In this document: piece by piece, positions 50,413 to 63,473 of the stretch
How positions within the stretch are numbered: position 1 is the first letter of the stretch
Layout of the letters: the number at the start of each line of letters is the position of its first letter
Source: Octopus sinensis
Taxonomy: Eukaryota
Assembly: GCF_006345805.1 (NCBI RefSeq)
Contig: NC_043009.1
Coordinates: 64,418,001-64,482,000 of the forward strand
Length of the DNA stretch: 64,000 bases
Direction: 5' to 3'
Made by a program: the position numbers and the translations under genes
Notes under the pieces: generated by a model
Database searches by the model: none
Seen by the model: the letters and a program-made list of their open reading frames with translations, nothing else
Told to the model about the DNA's origin: nothing

Positions 50413-51040
50413 GACTATTCCATCGTTGGACGGTTTGGCTAAATCCTGTCTGTATATATATTACCATATGGATCAATGGCTGATATGGAAATTATAAAAC
50501 AACGAAGGCGGCTATACGTCAATATAAAACCAAAAGGAAAAATCCACTTGTCACTATTTGCAACTGAGAGTCCCAGCGTATCCCCTACGTTCCTAGAAAT
50601 GAGAGTTATATGGTATAAGTTATGTATTTATGGTATATAACAAATGAGGAAACAAGAAATGGAATTCATGATTTTCTTTATTAAGAACAACGATTGTTCT
50701 GATCCGTCTGGCGTCAGGCTCTGCCAGGTGAGATACTGTGCAACTGCTTGTTTTGCATCCTTCGGTGCAGATGCATCTCGTCGTGGGACTTTTCAAAAGG
50801 TACCTCGCTCAATAAACTCGGTTTCCCTTCGTTCTATCATAATGCATGTCGTTATTTGCCTGTAGAGCCTGGTTGCACACAGGTTCCTTGCTTTGGAATC
50901 ACATGGGACACTTTTAATTTTTGTATGCAGTTAATAGGTCTACACACACACACGCGCACACACATGTATATATGTATAAATATATATATATAGATATATA
51001 TATATATATATGTATATGTTATATATATATAATATATATA

Positions 51041-51083
<43 letters not shown>

Positions 51084-51086
51084 AGA

Positions 51087-51432
51087 TAAGGGCAAACGAA
51101 AAAATTTCTAATGCCAAATATGCCGAAATTGAACATATTGTCCATAACCTTAGAATTTTTCACAATACGCACGCTACTCGACTTAGCGTTTTGCTTCTTC
51201 TGTGGGTATGAGTAAGTATCTCATTTATTTCTTTGCCACATTTATCACTGACGAAGGGAGGGTTCTTACGAACTAACCCTGAAATCGGTCCGATATAGTA
51301 ATAATGGAATTTTTTAGAAATTTCTGTCGCCTTTTTTTCGAGTAGCGTACGTATTGTGAAAAATTATATGGTTATGGACAATATGTTCAATTTCGGCATA
51401 TTTGGCATTAGAAATTTTTTCGTTTGCCCTTA
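51087..51432. repeat. 95-bp inverted repeat (3 mismatches) enclosing a 156-nt spacer
   Basis: 51087-51181 is the reverse complement of 51338-51432. Confidence 0.95.
51243..51295 (+). ncRNA. Type I hammerhead-like motif with canonical core
   Basis: tatc a CTGACGA AGGG ag GGTTC ttac GAACT aa CCCT GAAA TCGG TC / c gata. Stem III is the self-complementary AUCGGU. Confidence 0.65.
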
Positions 51433-51532
51433 CTTATAAGTTGTTTATAATTTTAACCTTTAAAGGTATTTTTTAATATACTGGCCATTGATAAAATTTT
51501 TTTCTTTCGAAAAATATTTTATCCTACATTAA

Positions 51533-51577
<45 letters not shown>

Positions 51578-51594
51578 GTGTGTGTGTGTGTGTG

Positions 51595-51791
51595 TTCATT
51601 TAGAGATAATAGACCCCTTCATCTCACCATAAACATTTTTTTAAATTTTATATACCTACTACTTTATTACATGGCTACACGGGAAATGTACCTCATGAAA
51701 CACGTGTAGCCAAGTTATAAAGTAGTAGGTATATAAAATAAAAACTCTTTTTTATATGGTGAGATGAAGGGGCCTACTATCTCTAAATGAA
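51595..51791. repeat. Imperfect palindromic (MITE-like) element
   Basis: ttcatttagagat...ggctacacg versus cgtgtagcc...atctctaaatgaa, with a spacer of about 21 nt. Confidence 0.8.
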
Positions 51792-52094
51792 AATATATAT
51801 TTCTTCATTGAGAATAATTTGAACCCCTGTTATGCCGGAATTTTTATTTCCTAAGAAATAAAATTAAATATATATAAATATATATATATATATAGAGAGA
51901 GAGAGAAAGAAAGAGAGGAGAGAATGAGATAGATAGGTAGATAGATAAACAGACACACAGGCAGACAGACAGATATAGCCAATTAAGTAAAAATCAAATA
52001 AATGAAAATAAACTTAAAAATTAAAATTAATAATTAAATACTGAAAATTAATTAAAGATATACACATATACCTATGTATTTATGCATGCACACA

Positions 52095-52960
52095 CCCACA
52101 CATTATATATATATATATAAGCAGAAGCGGAGGCAGAATTCGAAAAATCTCTCATTACCGCTATAGGGTTTAGTTTCGGTAAGACTGACCCATTTAAATT
52201 CATAGCTAATATTTCAGGAATTGAGTGAGCGAATATTTTCAGCTAAACGAGGTATTAGATTTCAGGTTAACTTTACGAAAACTGTGCTTGGAGGTTGAGA
52301 TCTTGAGTTTCTCCGAGTTAGTAGTGGTTTCAATATAATAACTAGTATTGGAACATGTAGGTATCACCATTCATACACCACATTAACTTGGACCAATTTC
52401 CATTCAATGGACACTTATTCCCAGGTTTGGATTTACACGTGTTCTGGAGTATGTGTTATTGTTGGTAATATAGGGGGCCCGTTATCTATAGTTTCCAGTC
52501 AGGGTATGTTAAGATGCTCAGCGTTTGTCCCGGGTCAGTTACGGAATTTGTGGTAGTAACAGAATCAGTGCTAGCGGGAACTACAAGCGGAGTGCCCAGT
52601 GGAAGACTCAGTATTAAGTTCCATTTTAATGTGATCCCTTGTACAGGACTTGAAAAATAGGGGTTAGATATTCTCACATTGGCCCGATAGGGAGATTTAC
52701 GATATTGGATTTTTAGTTTGTACTTATAAGATGGAGCTAAAGCAGCTGCTAAATTTTTAGCCGTGGATTAGGATTATATAAAGGGTTTTCTATTAAAGAT
52801 TTTAATAGTTTATAAAAGGCCTTCGGAATAGCGGTTTTAGTGTTATTAGCGAAGAGAGGGTTATACAAACATATTTTGTGCTTCCTGGGTTTACTGATGT
52901 ATGTAAAACCCAGCGTTCGATGCAGTTGAAGGAACTTGGCATTCTGAGGTTCGCCAGCAT
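52095..52960 (-). mobile_element. Degenerate Naiad-type PLE 3' fragment
   Basis: RKHKICLYNPLFANNTKTAIPKAFYKLL and CKSKPGNKCPLNGN motifs. Confidence 0.65.
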
Positions 52961-53758
52961 CCCTCTCTCTCTCTCTGTCTCTCTCTCTCTGTCTCTCTCT
53001 GTCTCTCTCTCTCTGTCTCTCTCTGTCTCTCTCTCTCTGTCTCTCTCTCTGCATATATAATAAAAACAGATCACCAACTGATCCATTGATCAATCAAGAA
53101 GTCAGTGATCACTTGTTTATCTGGTAACCTAATGAGCTGGAACTTATGTAACATATTACGCAATCTAACGAATTGCATTAAGTTTATGTCAATAAAACTC
53201 TTAACGAAACAATTGCAGCAGTATCAGATATTCTATTTGTCTGTTTTTATAACATCTTTTATGCCTCGCTTAACTTGGATAATTTTGGATATTTTTGGAT
53301 AATATTTGGAGTCGTGGATCACCTGACAAACAGTGAACAAGGCATTTTATGCTGACTCTTAGTGGATTATTTGACAGTCTGGTTTACGTCGATCCGTTTA
53401 GCCATTTTGCCTTGTGATTCACGTTGATATGCCTTGATCGTTTATGAATCCTCTTTACTCAATAGTATCATACATACATTGCACACACACACACACACAC
53501 GCACACGCATGCATATATATATACATATGTATGTTTATATATATGTATATGTATATATGTATATATATAGATATATATATATATGTATGTATATATATGT
53601 GTGTGTATGTATATATGTATATATGTGTATATATATATGTATATAAGTAATATATATATACATATATATACATATATATATATATAATATATATATTATA
53701 TATATATATATATATATGTATATATAAAATATATATATATATGTATATATATATATAC

Positions 53759-53825
<67 letters not shown>

Positions 53826-55183
53826 ATATATATATATATGTATATTATATATATATTATATATATATATATATATATACTAGCAGAGCTACCCGGCGTTG
53901 CCCGTGTTACATACAATTTAAGAATTACACTTTTCTGTTATATTTTCTCTAATGAACTGGAATATCTATGTTTCGAATTTCATCAAAATTGCAGATGAGG
54001 GTTATTTCCCTCTTTACCCACCCCCCCCTCCAAAAAAAATTGTAATCGTACCACATATATCCCATATTACTGGTTTTATGCGCATATTCCAAAATTCCAG
54101 TCATATTGAACCTGTTAAAAAGATTTTGCTTCTGAAAAATGAAGGTCATAGACCTCTAAAATGTGAGAGTTAAGGCTCCTGTTGGGGGTGGGCATCTTAA
54201 TGTCAACCAAAGAGGTTGAATTGTTGAGAATCTTTTTTACTTGGGTCTTATATCTATTGTTTGAATTTCTTTGAAATAGGAAATATATGTTCACTGGGTT
54301 TGTAAAAGAGAGCAATGCTACAGGTAACCAAAAGACGAATGATCACAATAAGCAGTCAGTTACCCTACCCTAGTCGTTACCACTCCCGATGTAGGATTCC
54401 TCACCATCCAGGTGACAGGCACAGCTGTAAGATGCATTACGAATCTATAGTAATTGGATGGGGGTGACCCAACTGAAATAAACATTAATAACTGTGTGAC
54501 GTGAGGGCTAAGGAGAAATGAAATTTGGAGTTTGCAAATGACCACTATACTGATATGTAACTGGACAGAATAAATTTACAATCTATAAATGTCTTTGAAT
54601 AACCAGTCACTCGTCTGGGAAGGCCTTGAAATCAATGTTACCATCTGGGGACTATGTGTGAACGAGTGATAATAAAAAGACTGAAAGGAGGCCTGCAATC
54701 AAATAACTTTACTCAACACTTTGCAACTGAATCAGTGGAGACAAAGATGCCTCTCATTTACTTAACAATTTATGCTCCACATTGCAGAAATCACAATGTA
54801 AGTGTATGTCAAAGCAAACTGTTACACTGTTGTACCATTGAATTAGAGATAATGCTCAACTTTTATGCTCGGGTAACCCTACAGCTTCGAAGAGCGCAAC
54901 TGTATTCGTTTTTGCTTTGATAAAAAGACAAAATTGTGGGTGTTAAGTCCCCATGGTGGGGTCTTTATAACTTGAAAGAAGATGAAATTTTATAAATATT
55001 ATTTCATTTGTGTCTAATATCTATGGTTAAAATTTCCTCAACACCAAAAATACATGAATTGTCATGGGGGTTATGGCCCTAATGCATAGAATATAATTTC
55101 CAAATTTCATATAGATTCAGTACTTTTGACCTAGTTTTGGATAAAAAAAGAAATGACTAAAATTTGGGAGTTAAGGCTCTATG

Positions 55184-55273
<90 letters not shown>

Positions 55274-55574
55274 TAGATATATACACACTCACACACATAC
55301 AAAGATAAATTGATAGATACAACTGATTGGGCAAACAAAAATATGAGACACAGCCTAGTCCTTTTTTTGTTGATAAGCCTGTTACTTATTGTATTAGTTT
55401 GTTCTTGTGAAACCAGTAAGATAAGTGGATGTAAATATATGAACAGCAGTTGTGAAGCAGTGATGAGGGCGAAACACAGACACAAAGACATACACACATA
55501 CACTTACATATATACATACATATATATACGATTGATTTGCTTCAGTTCCTGTCTACGAAATCCATATATATATT

Positions 55575-57104
55575 GTTGCTGGCATCCTTTTCGTCTCGGA
55601 AGACAATAGAGTTGTGCATAAAATAATCTAGTCCGGCTTTTACATTTCATGTCCTAATACATCTCCTGCTGTGGCTGTGTAGTCCTATTCTGGACAAACA
55701 CTCCCTCTGGCAGGTGCCGCAAATGTAGCGAAGACTTTGCCTGGCTGGTTGTAATGTCATACTTTCTTGTTGACGTCTTTTCTTGTTTTTCCCTTTCTTC
55801 TCTCCCTCTATGTCACTCCTTTGTGTTCCCTCTTTTACGGTACGTCGCCAATCTCCACAGTTGCTGGCAACTGCTTCCCAGTTGGTAATATTGATGTTGC
55901 AGGCATTCATGTCCCTTTTTCAAACATCCTTGTATCGTAAGAACGGTCTTCCCACAGACCTAGTGCCCCTAGCAAGCTCTCCGTAGAGTATGTCCTTGGA
56001 AATTCTGCCATCTTCCATACGGCTAACATGTCCAAGCCATCTCCTCTTTGTGTGAGGAGTGCAAACATGCTTGGTATTCCTGCTTGCTTGAGGACATCTT
56101 TGTTGCGGACATGGTTCTGCCATTTGATGCGAAGGCTTTTCTGGAGGCAGAGCAGGTGAAAGATATTTAGGCGACGTATGGCGTCGTACGGCGTATGTAT
56201 GGCGTCCAAGTCTCACTTCCATACAGTAGAGTGCTAAGTACACATGCCTGGTAAATCTTCATTTTTGGTCTTGGTCAGCTTATTGTTGTCCCATGCCCGT
56301 TTGGATAGTTGGGCCATCACAGCAGCTGCCTTGCCAATGCGTATATTGAGCTCAGCATCAAGGGATAGGCTGTAGGTGACGGTAGAGCTAAGATAGGTAA
56401 ACTTCTCCACCTCTTGTAGTCTGTGGTCTCCAATATGTATGTTTGGGATGTCCGATGCAGCCTGACCCATGATGTTGGTCTTCTTGAGGCTGATAACTAA
56501 GCCAAAGTCGCTACATGCTTGCTCAAAACTGTTGATGAGCCTTTGTAGGACTTCTTCTGTGTGTGATACCAGAGCGGCATCATTAGCAAATAGCACCTCC
56601 TTGATCAGGACGCTTCTAATTTTGGTCTTGAAACGCAGACGCGAGAGATTGAACAGTTTCCTGTCACTTCTACTGTGCAGAAACACTCCATCATCTGATG
56701 TCTGAAAGGCATGTGACAGCAGCAGCGAGAAAATGCCAAATAATGTAGGTGCAAAAGCACAACCTTGCTTTACCCCGTTTTTTATTTGGAAGGCGGCTGA
56801 TGTTAAACCATTGTGCTGTATGGTGCCTTGCATATCATCATGGAAAGATTTGATGATCCTCAGCAGCTTTGGTGGACATCCGATTTTTGGAGCAGATGAA
56901 GAGGCCTTTTCTACTTACCAAGTCAAAGGCCTTTGTCAGATCAACGAAGGCGATATATAATGGCATTTTCTGCTCTCTGGACTTCACCTGAAGTTGGCGT
57001 ATGGAGAATATCATGTCAATAGCTGATCTGCTTCTTCTAAAGCCACACTGCGATTCTGGATAAATTCGAGAAGCAAGCAGTTGTAGCCTGGACAGGATAA
57101 TGCG
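55575..57104 (-). mobile_element. RTE-BovB-like LINE, RT and C-terminal region, degenerate, cut by assembly gap
   Basis: [60 protein letters not shown], and the 3' end ctattgtcttccgagacg..ggatgcca. Confidence 0.85.
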
Positions 57105-57204
57105 NNNNNNNNNNNNNNNNNNNNNNNNNNNNNNNNNNNNNNNNNNNNNNNNNNNNNNNNNNNNNNNNNNNNNNNNNNNNNNNNNNNNNNNNNNNNNNNN
57201 NNNN
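57105..57204. other. Assembly gap (100 N)
   Basis: Run of exactly 100 N. Confidence 1.
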
Positions 57205-57209
57205 ATATT

Positions 57210-57990
57210 AATATATCTGCTTCAGATGATATTCGAAAGTCTTAGGAAAGGACACACTGGATAAGTTTGTCTTGTGATCCTCAAAAACATTGGACGGGGA
57301 TATAAAACTGGTTTGAAAATTACGAACATTCAGACACGGAGTATAAACGAAGAAGGTATCTGTCGATGTGAAACAGAAACGAACTGGAAAACCGGTAGTG
57401 AAGGGGGAATTTATAAAAAAAGGACTTTCGTCAAATACAACTTGAATAGAGAAATATATATTATACGCGTTCAGTCAGTGCGAAGATTTCAAGAGCTAAA
57501 GGAGAGTAAGAAGAAGCAGGAGAGATCAGCCGGTGTGTGTGGCATGAAAGGGAGGGCGAGTGAGGGACGGGAGGAGAGAGTAGGGTAGAACTGGGAAATA
57601 TTGTGAGAAGAGAGTAGTAAGATAAAGAAATAAATCCGTTACGAAGAAAAGTGTGATTGTGTATGCTGGAAATGATGACCAATTCCCTCTACACTGGCAT
57701 TTATTCATCAGAGGAGACAGGAAAAGAAGATTCAAAGAAATAAAGTTAAAATGAAGGATGTATAAAAAAGAGAGATGAACGTTTAAGAAGGAGTGGTGCA
57801 AAATCGTGAACGAGACTGTTATAATGTAAGCACTTCGTAATATTGATTGACTTATGAAATAAAGCCTCGGGGAGGGGATGGAATCTTGGAATATTGGTGA
57901 AAATAAAGAAAGGGTAGGAAGATTGTCGGTCAAAGAGAAAAGAAAGATAAATCAAAATATCAACTAGATGTCTATGAAATCATAGTTCAG
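57210..57990 (-). mobile_element. Highly degenerate PLE thumb/GIY-YIG remnant
   Basis: Weak motif similarity only (TD..L.LFS..,SQ.LR,F.F.STD..VY..C). Confidence 0.4.
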
Positions 57991-58556
57991 AAAGAAACTT
58001 GGGAAAAAGAAAATAACTACAAGGTCACTGTTAAAACACCTTTATATTCGCTGGACAACAGGAATTTGTCACACTTGTATTCATGAATGTTTTCAGATCA
58101 GTTTTGTAAAACAAAGCTAAACATGAAACACTTTTATAGCAGGCTTCTTGTTACAATATCCCAGAAGTCGATGACGACCAGAATCCCTAAAGTCTCCATA
58201 TATCACTCAATGTTATATATATACAAAATTTTAGCCAATCAGTACTCTTCATTTTTGAGCAGTTTGGACGATCTGATTATTAAATTCATAGATTGGGGTA
58301 AATTTTCAGAATTCGGAATTACATGACATTATTATCTGGATAAAATCCCAGTTTTTATTTCCTTACATGCTTTTTATTCTTCTCAGCTCAGATGAAACTG
58401 TCATCTACAAACTTGACCAATTGTAGGGAAATAATATAAATGTAATAAATATTTAGTAAATATTTAAAACAACATCAGTTTTATATTGAATACCAGAACA
58501 CCGCCCTCTTGTTTACGTTAAACTACTTGAAAGAGATTTTCCACGATAAACCGAAT

Positions 58557-58764
58557 CTACAGGTTATCCATATCTTCCAGTGTTTGAAGTAAACAAGCAT
58601 CTTTCATTTCGGGAAGCAAAAGGATCAGCAATCCAGCAAGAATTCCGAAGACCCCATAGACACTGAGAGGTATCCAAGGACCATATACAGAGAGCCCAAG
58701 AATCAGTGGTGAAATGATGCCACCGAACCGAGCAAACGATGAAGCAGTTCCCATGCCACCGTTG
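58557..58764 (-). CDS. SLC22-family gene B terminal exon, 208 bp (RNGGMGTASSFARFGG...DNL*)
   Basis: Same length and phase as the gene A terminal exon; 53/68 aa identical; acceptor TTTATATTTCAG; TAG at 58557-58559. Confidence 0.93.
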
Positions 58765-59214
58765 CTGAAATATAAAAAGAAACGTAAGAACATATTTAAC
58801 ATTAATATTGATTTCAAATTTTAGCACAAGGCCAGTAATTTCGGGAGAGGGGTTAAGTCGGTTACAATGACCCCAATGCTCAACTGGTACTTATTTCATC
58901 GACCCCGGAAGGATGAAAGGTAAAGTCGACCTCGGCAGAATTTGAACTCGGAACGTAAAGCATTTTGTGCGGCGTGCTAACGATTCTGCCAGGTCTGAAT
59001 GTAATCAAGCACTAAGCTGTATATAACATAACTACAATGAATATATAGGAAAATATTGCCAAAATATATTTTTAGCATTAATCCATATACATAACAATCT
59101 CTCTCTCTCTCTCTTTCTATATCTCTCCCTCTGTCTGTCTGTCTGTCTCTCTCTTTCTCTCTCTCTCTTTATATATATATATATGTGTGTGTGTATGTGT
59201 GTGTGTGTGCGTGT

Positions 59215-59289
<75 letters not shown>

Positions 59290-59290
<1 letters not shown>

Positions 59291-59545
59291 TCTGCTTTCG
59301 TTGAGGTCTAGATCGTTCCAGCAGTTTTAAAAGTTAAATTTTAGTAGCGTTCCCTTCTCATTTAATCGCCATATATAACTGGCCAATGTTGTAACGTTGT
59401 GTCTGTCCGGGATCCTAAAAGTAGACCAGTGATTATCTAGCCTGATCTTAAAAGGAATCTCCGTTACTCCAATATATTTCAGTTTGTGTCCTTTCGTTGC
59501 TGCTGCTAGTTTTAAACACCATTTCTGCTTTGATGGCTGCTCAAA
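59290..59545 (-). mobile_element. PLE GIY-YIG fragment in the last intron of gene B
   Basis: KYIGVTEIPFKIRLDNHWSTF...TTLASYIWRL; near-identical to 62470-62722. Confidence 0.85.
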
Positions 59546-59572
59546 ATTTATATATAAATATTTAATATATAT

Positions 59573-59633
<61 letters not shown>

Positions 59634-60479
59634 TATATATATAATTTATAATATAACATAATATATATATATATTAATCGAAGTGTACCGTATTATATAT
59701 CCATTATGACCGATCTTAACAATCGGTTTCGCACTAGGGGTTTAACGGGATGTTAGATAACAGCCTGATGGTGAAACCCTGCGCGCTTCACAGTTGGTAT
59801 CATGGAAGAAAATATAGCGACTGCTCTCTATTGTTAGAGGTGATAGGACACATCCAGTTTATGGTTGCCGTGAAAGAAGACGATGAAATTAACTGAGCAT
59901 GGGTTACGTTAAGAGTTGTCTCTTGACACCAAAAAGAAAAGAAGTAAAAAAGAATGAGAGAAAGGCCTCAGGAGTATTGCAAGGTTACAAGAGTTTCCTG
60001 AAAATGTGTGTATGGTTTAGAGGTTGATATTCTTGTAGGGTTGGAATGTATGCAATAGTACTAAATGTGTAGCTCTTGCGGGAGGCGGTGGAGTTCGGAC
60101 GCCCAAAAGTTGCTTAAGTACCCGTGTGTTCATTTGTGTATGTTTTATGTTTTGTTTAAATTATTTGGAGTATTTGTCGATATGGAGTGTGTATAGTGGT
60201 ACTATATGCTTTGGGTTTATATTAAGGCTGGAGGAGGGTATTGAGTGGATGTCCGCCCGTGTTAGCGCATATGTCTGTGAGTACCTTTGTGTATATTTTA
60301 GTCAGACAGCCGGGTTCCCATTCATTGGTGGGAGCGAATGAAAAATGCATAAAGATATGCGTGTGTAAGGTTTTTTGATAAAGAAATATATTGGGGAATA
60401 ATTTTCTAGAAGAATTATTGAAGTTGAGCACAGTAACTACTCCGAAATCCTTCTCGAGATTATGAAGTACTACACCTAC

Positions 60480-60588
60480 CGTACTGCCGTTGGAAACAGT
60501 TCTGCTGATGTCAGATAAACTCCGTCAAATGATAGTGTCGTACCGAACTTCCCCAGAACAGCTAATAGCAGAGGAAACCAAAAGTTAC
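60480..60588 (-). CDS. SLC22 gene B penultimate exon, 109 bp (NFWFP...SAELFPTAVR)
   Basis: Paralog of 15530-15638 (23/35 aa identical) with AG/GT boundaries. Earlier exons were not found before 64000. Confidence 0.93.
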
Positions 60589-60936
60589 CTGAAAAGAAAT
60601 TTCATCAGGTGAAAATGTAAATATTTAACTTACGTAAGTTTTATATCACATTATATTCTTCTACAAAATAATTCCTTAAACGGAAGAGCCAAATTAGATT
60701 GAAAATTAGTGAAAGCAATACCCGTGCATGCAGTAGTAGAATGATTAGGGTCTCCTAAGTTGGTAAGGAAATATTCGGCTATCAACTGAATGGATGTTTG
60801 TTTGGTAGGATGGGATAAAGTCCGTGATCTCTGGATTTGTAGAAAGTGCAAAATCACAGATATACGAGCAGTATAATAATGTGGTTTCGTATTTTAATCT
60901 TATAGGAAGGAAATCACTTGGAAGCATACATAGAAG

Positions 60937-60972
<36 letters not shown>

Positions 60973-60983
60973 TACATACATAC

Positions 60984-61026
<43 letters not shown>

Positions 61027-61663
61027 TATATATATATTATATACATATATAAAGTAATTAAGCGTTAATGTCCAGTCACAGAGTGACCAATGGTTTCACG
61101 GCATCCACAAAGGCCTCAGCCTCGCAGACTCTAAAGGTGAAGACCTTTGGAATGGCAGTTAAATGTATTTCAAGTATTGAAGCAGGGTTTCCCATGCTTA
61201 AGTGTAAGTGACCAATGAACATCTAATCAGGTTTCCTGTATGTTCTGAACCTTCTTTTTACAGTATTATATGCTTTAAAAGTATATTCAAAAATGTATCT
61301 TTGAAGGTTGACTTACGATTAAAAGATTGTTGCCAGCCATTTTGCACTGTGATTGTCATAAAATCATTAACACAAAATTATGCAGCTGCACCATAATTTT
61401 CTAGCATAACGTTGATCCGCATGAGACTTATGAAACAAATATTAAACAGATAACTTTCGACTACTCGATACCACACAAGCACAGTAAAAATGGTCAGTTT
61501 TGACCATTCTTTTCAACTTCAAGAAGCTTGTGTAGTAACAAAAAAAGGTTTTAGAACCCTGTCTCTTTGTATACCTCATTTTGTAACTCACTGGCACCGC
61601 TCAAGACAGTGGTGCAGTCACAAAATAATTTGACCTTGAAAACAGGACACCCTGGTAATATAG

Positions 61664-61725
<62 letters not shown>

Positions 61726-61731
61726 ATATAT

Positions 61732-61768
<37 letters not shown>

Positions 61769-62029
61769 TTCTTTACTACCCACAAGGGGCTAAACACAGA
61801 GGGGACAAACAAGGACAGACAAAGGGATTAAGTCGACTACATCGACCCCAGTGCGTAACTGGTACTTAATTTATCGACCCCGAAAGGATGAAAGGCAAAG
61901 TCGACCTCGGCGGAATTTGAACTCGGAACGTAACGACAGACGAAATATGGCTACGAATTTCGCCCGGCGTGCTAACGTTTCTACCAGCTCGCCGCAATGT
62001 ATGTATATATATATGTATGTATATATCCG

Positions 62030-62800
62030 AGTAGTATATCTTCGTTTATGGCTCTAACCGGTCAGAAAGTTATCGTTAGTTTCGCCTCTACCATCACAGT
62101 GGGCAATATCGACCAGCCATTAGACATACTGGGCCGGGAGCTCATAGCCTCTTCACTGATGGCGGTAATAGAAAGTCGTGATCAGTTAGGTGGTGCATAA
62201 AGCCGAAAGTTAAGGCAACTCTTCTTCCCCTTTCTGAGAGGGGAAAGAAGAGTTGTCTCCCCTTATACGATTCCTGCTGTGGCTGAAGTAAGTCAATTTC
62301 GTTCTGCATACAACATTTCCGCTCTCCAACTCTCAAACGAAGCAAACCACGTCTCCGAAATTAATTTTGTGTCATGACGACAGTGGGTGAAAATTTCACA
62401 TTTTTAATTCAAGGTTTCCGAATCCTGTGCATTTTTTAGGATCATTGCCTTCTCGGCCATGTTTTTCACATTCTGCTTTCGTTGAGGTCTAGATCGTTCC
62501 AGCAGTTTTAAAAATTAAATTTGTGTAGCGTTCCCTTCTCATTTAATCGCCATATATAACTGGCCAATGTTGTAACGTTGTGTCTGTCCGGGATCCTAAA
62601 AGTAGACCAGTGATTATCTAGCCTGATCTTAAAAGGAATCTCCGTTACTCCAATATATTTCCGTTTGTGTCCTTTCGTTGCTGCTAGTTTTAAACACTAC
62701 TTCTGCTTCGATGACTGCTCAAACTTTCTTTTAGAGTGTGCTTTTCCCCCTACACAAACTCCTGTACAAACATTCACACACGTATACTAGATGGAATATA
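62030..62800 (-). mobile_element. Naiad-type PLE 3' end (Zn-finger remnant, GIY-YIG, CRH motif, structured 3' UTR)
   Basis: CEC...C.GK, KYIGVTEIPFK, AEKAMIL, LN*KCEIFTHCRH motifs. Confidence 0.75.
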
Positions 62801-63473
62801 CAAATTAGTTATGAAAATCCACCATACAAAACTACGATCATAAACTATATTCAGTGTCATTATATATGCCGATAAGCTAAGGTAACGACCCTTGTGACTA
62901 AGAAAATATATGACAAGCTGAGATTTCTCCTTCATCGTATCTTATAGAAATAGTTTGGAAAAACAGATAGTTTTGTAACAATAGAAATTGTCACAAAATG
63001 AAGGAATTTTGGTAGTTGACAAGATATTTATAATTACATATATTCCCAATTTGCAGGACCACTTTGATTTCTCGGCCGATTATGAGTATTAGGATGGACT
63101 TGAGACGCCTTGACAAACGTTACCTATGTGTAAAAAATGAAACAAAGCGTCGCATAGTTTCAGTGGCATAACAATAAAATTGAATGACTAATATTTGTTC
63201 ATACGTCTAAGTGTAAACATATGCACAATATAATGATTACATGGCTGCATTGATACTATTTTGGAGAAGAAAATAAATATAGAAATGTGTCCGAATAGAA
63301 CAACGGGATATCAGCTCAGAGATTTCATTTCGATCATTGAACTTCGGGGTTAAAATATTAAAACCTTTCTGATAAAAATAATACATCAATAGGAGATGTT
63401 ATACAGGATGCGTGAAAGTCGATGCTCAATCAACTGCTCCTGAAATTATCAGTAAGCCTTTCTTTTACATCTT

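Noticed and set aside
59770-59805. SECIS-like ATGA-N11-AAG on the minus strand
   Set aside because: The 3' GA of the quartet is missing and helix II is interrupted.
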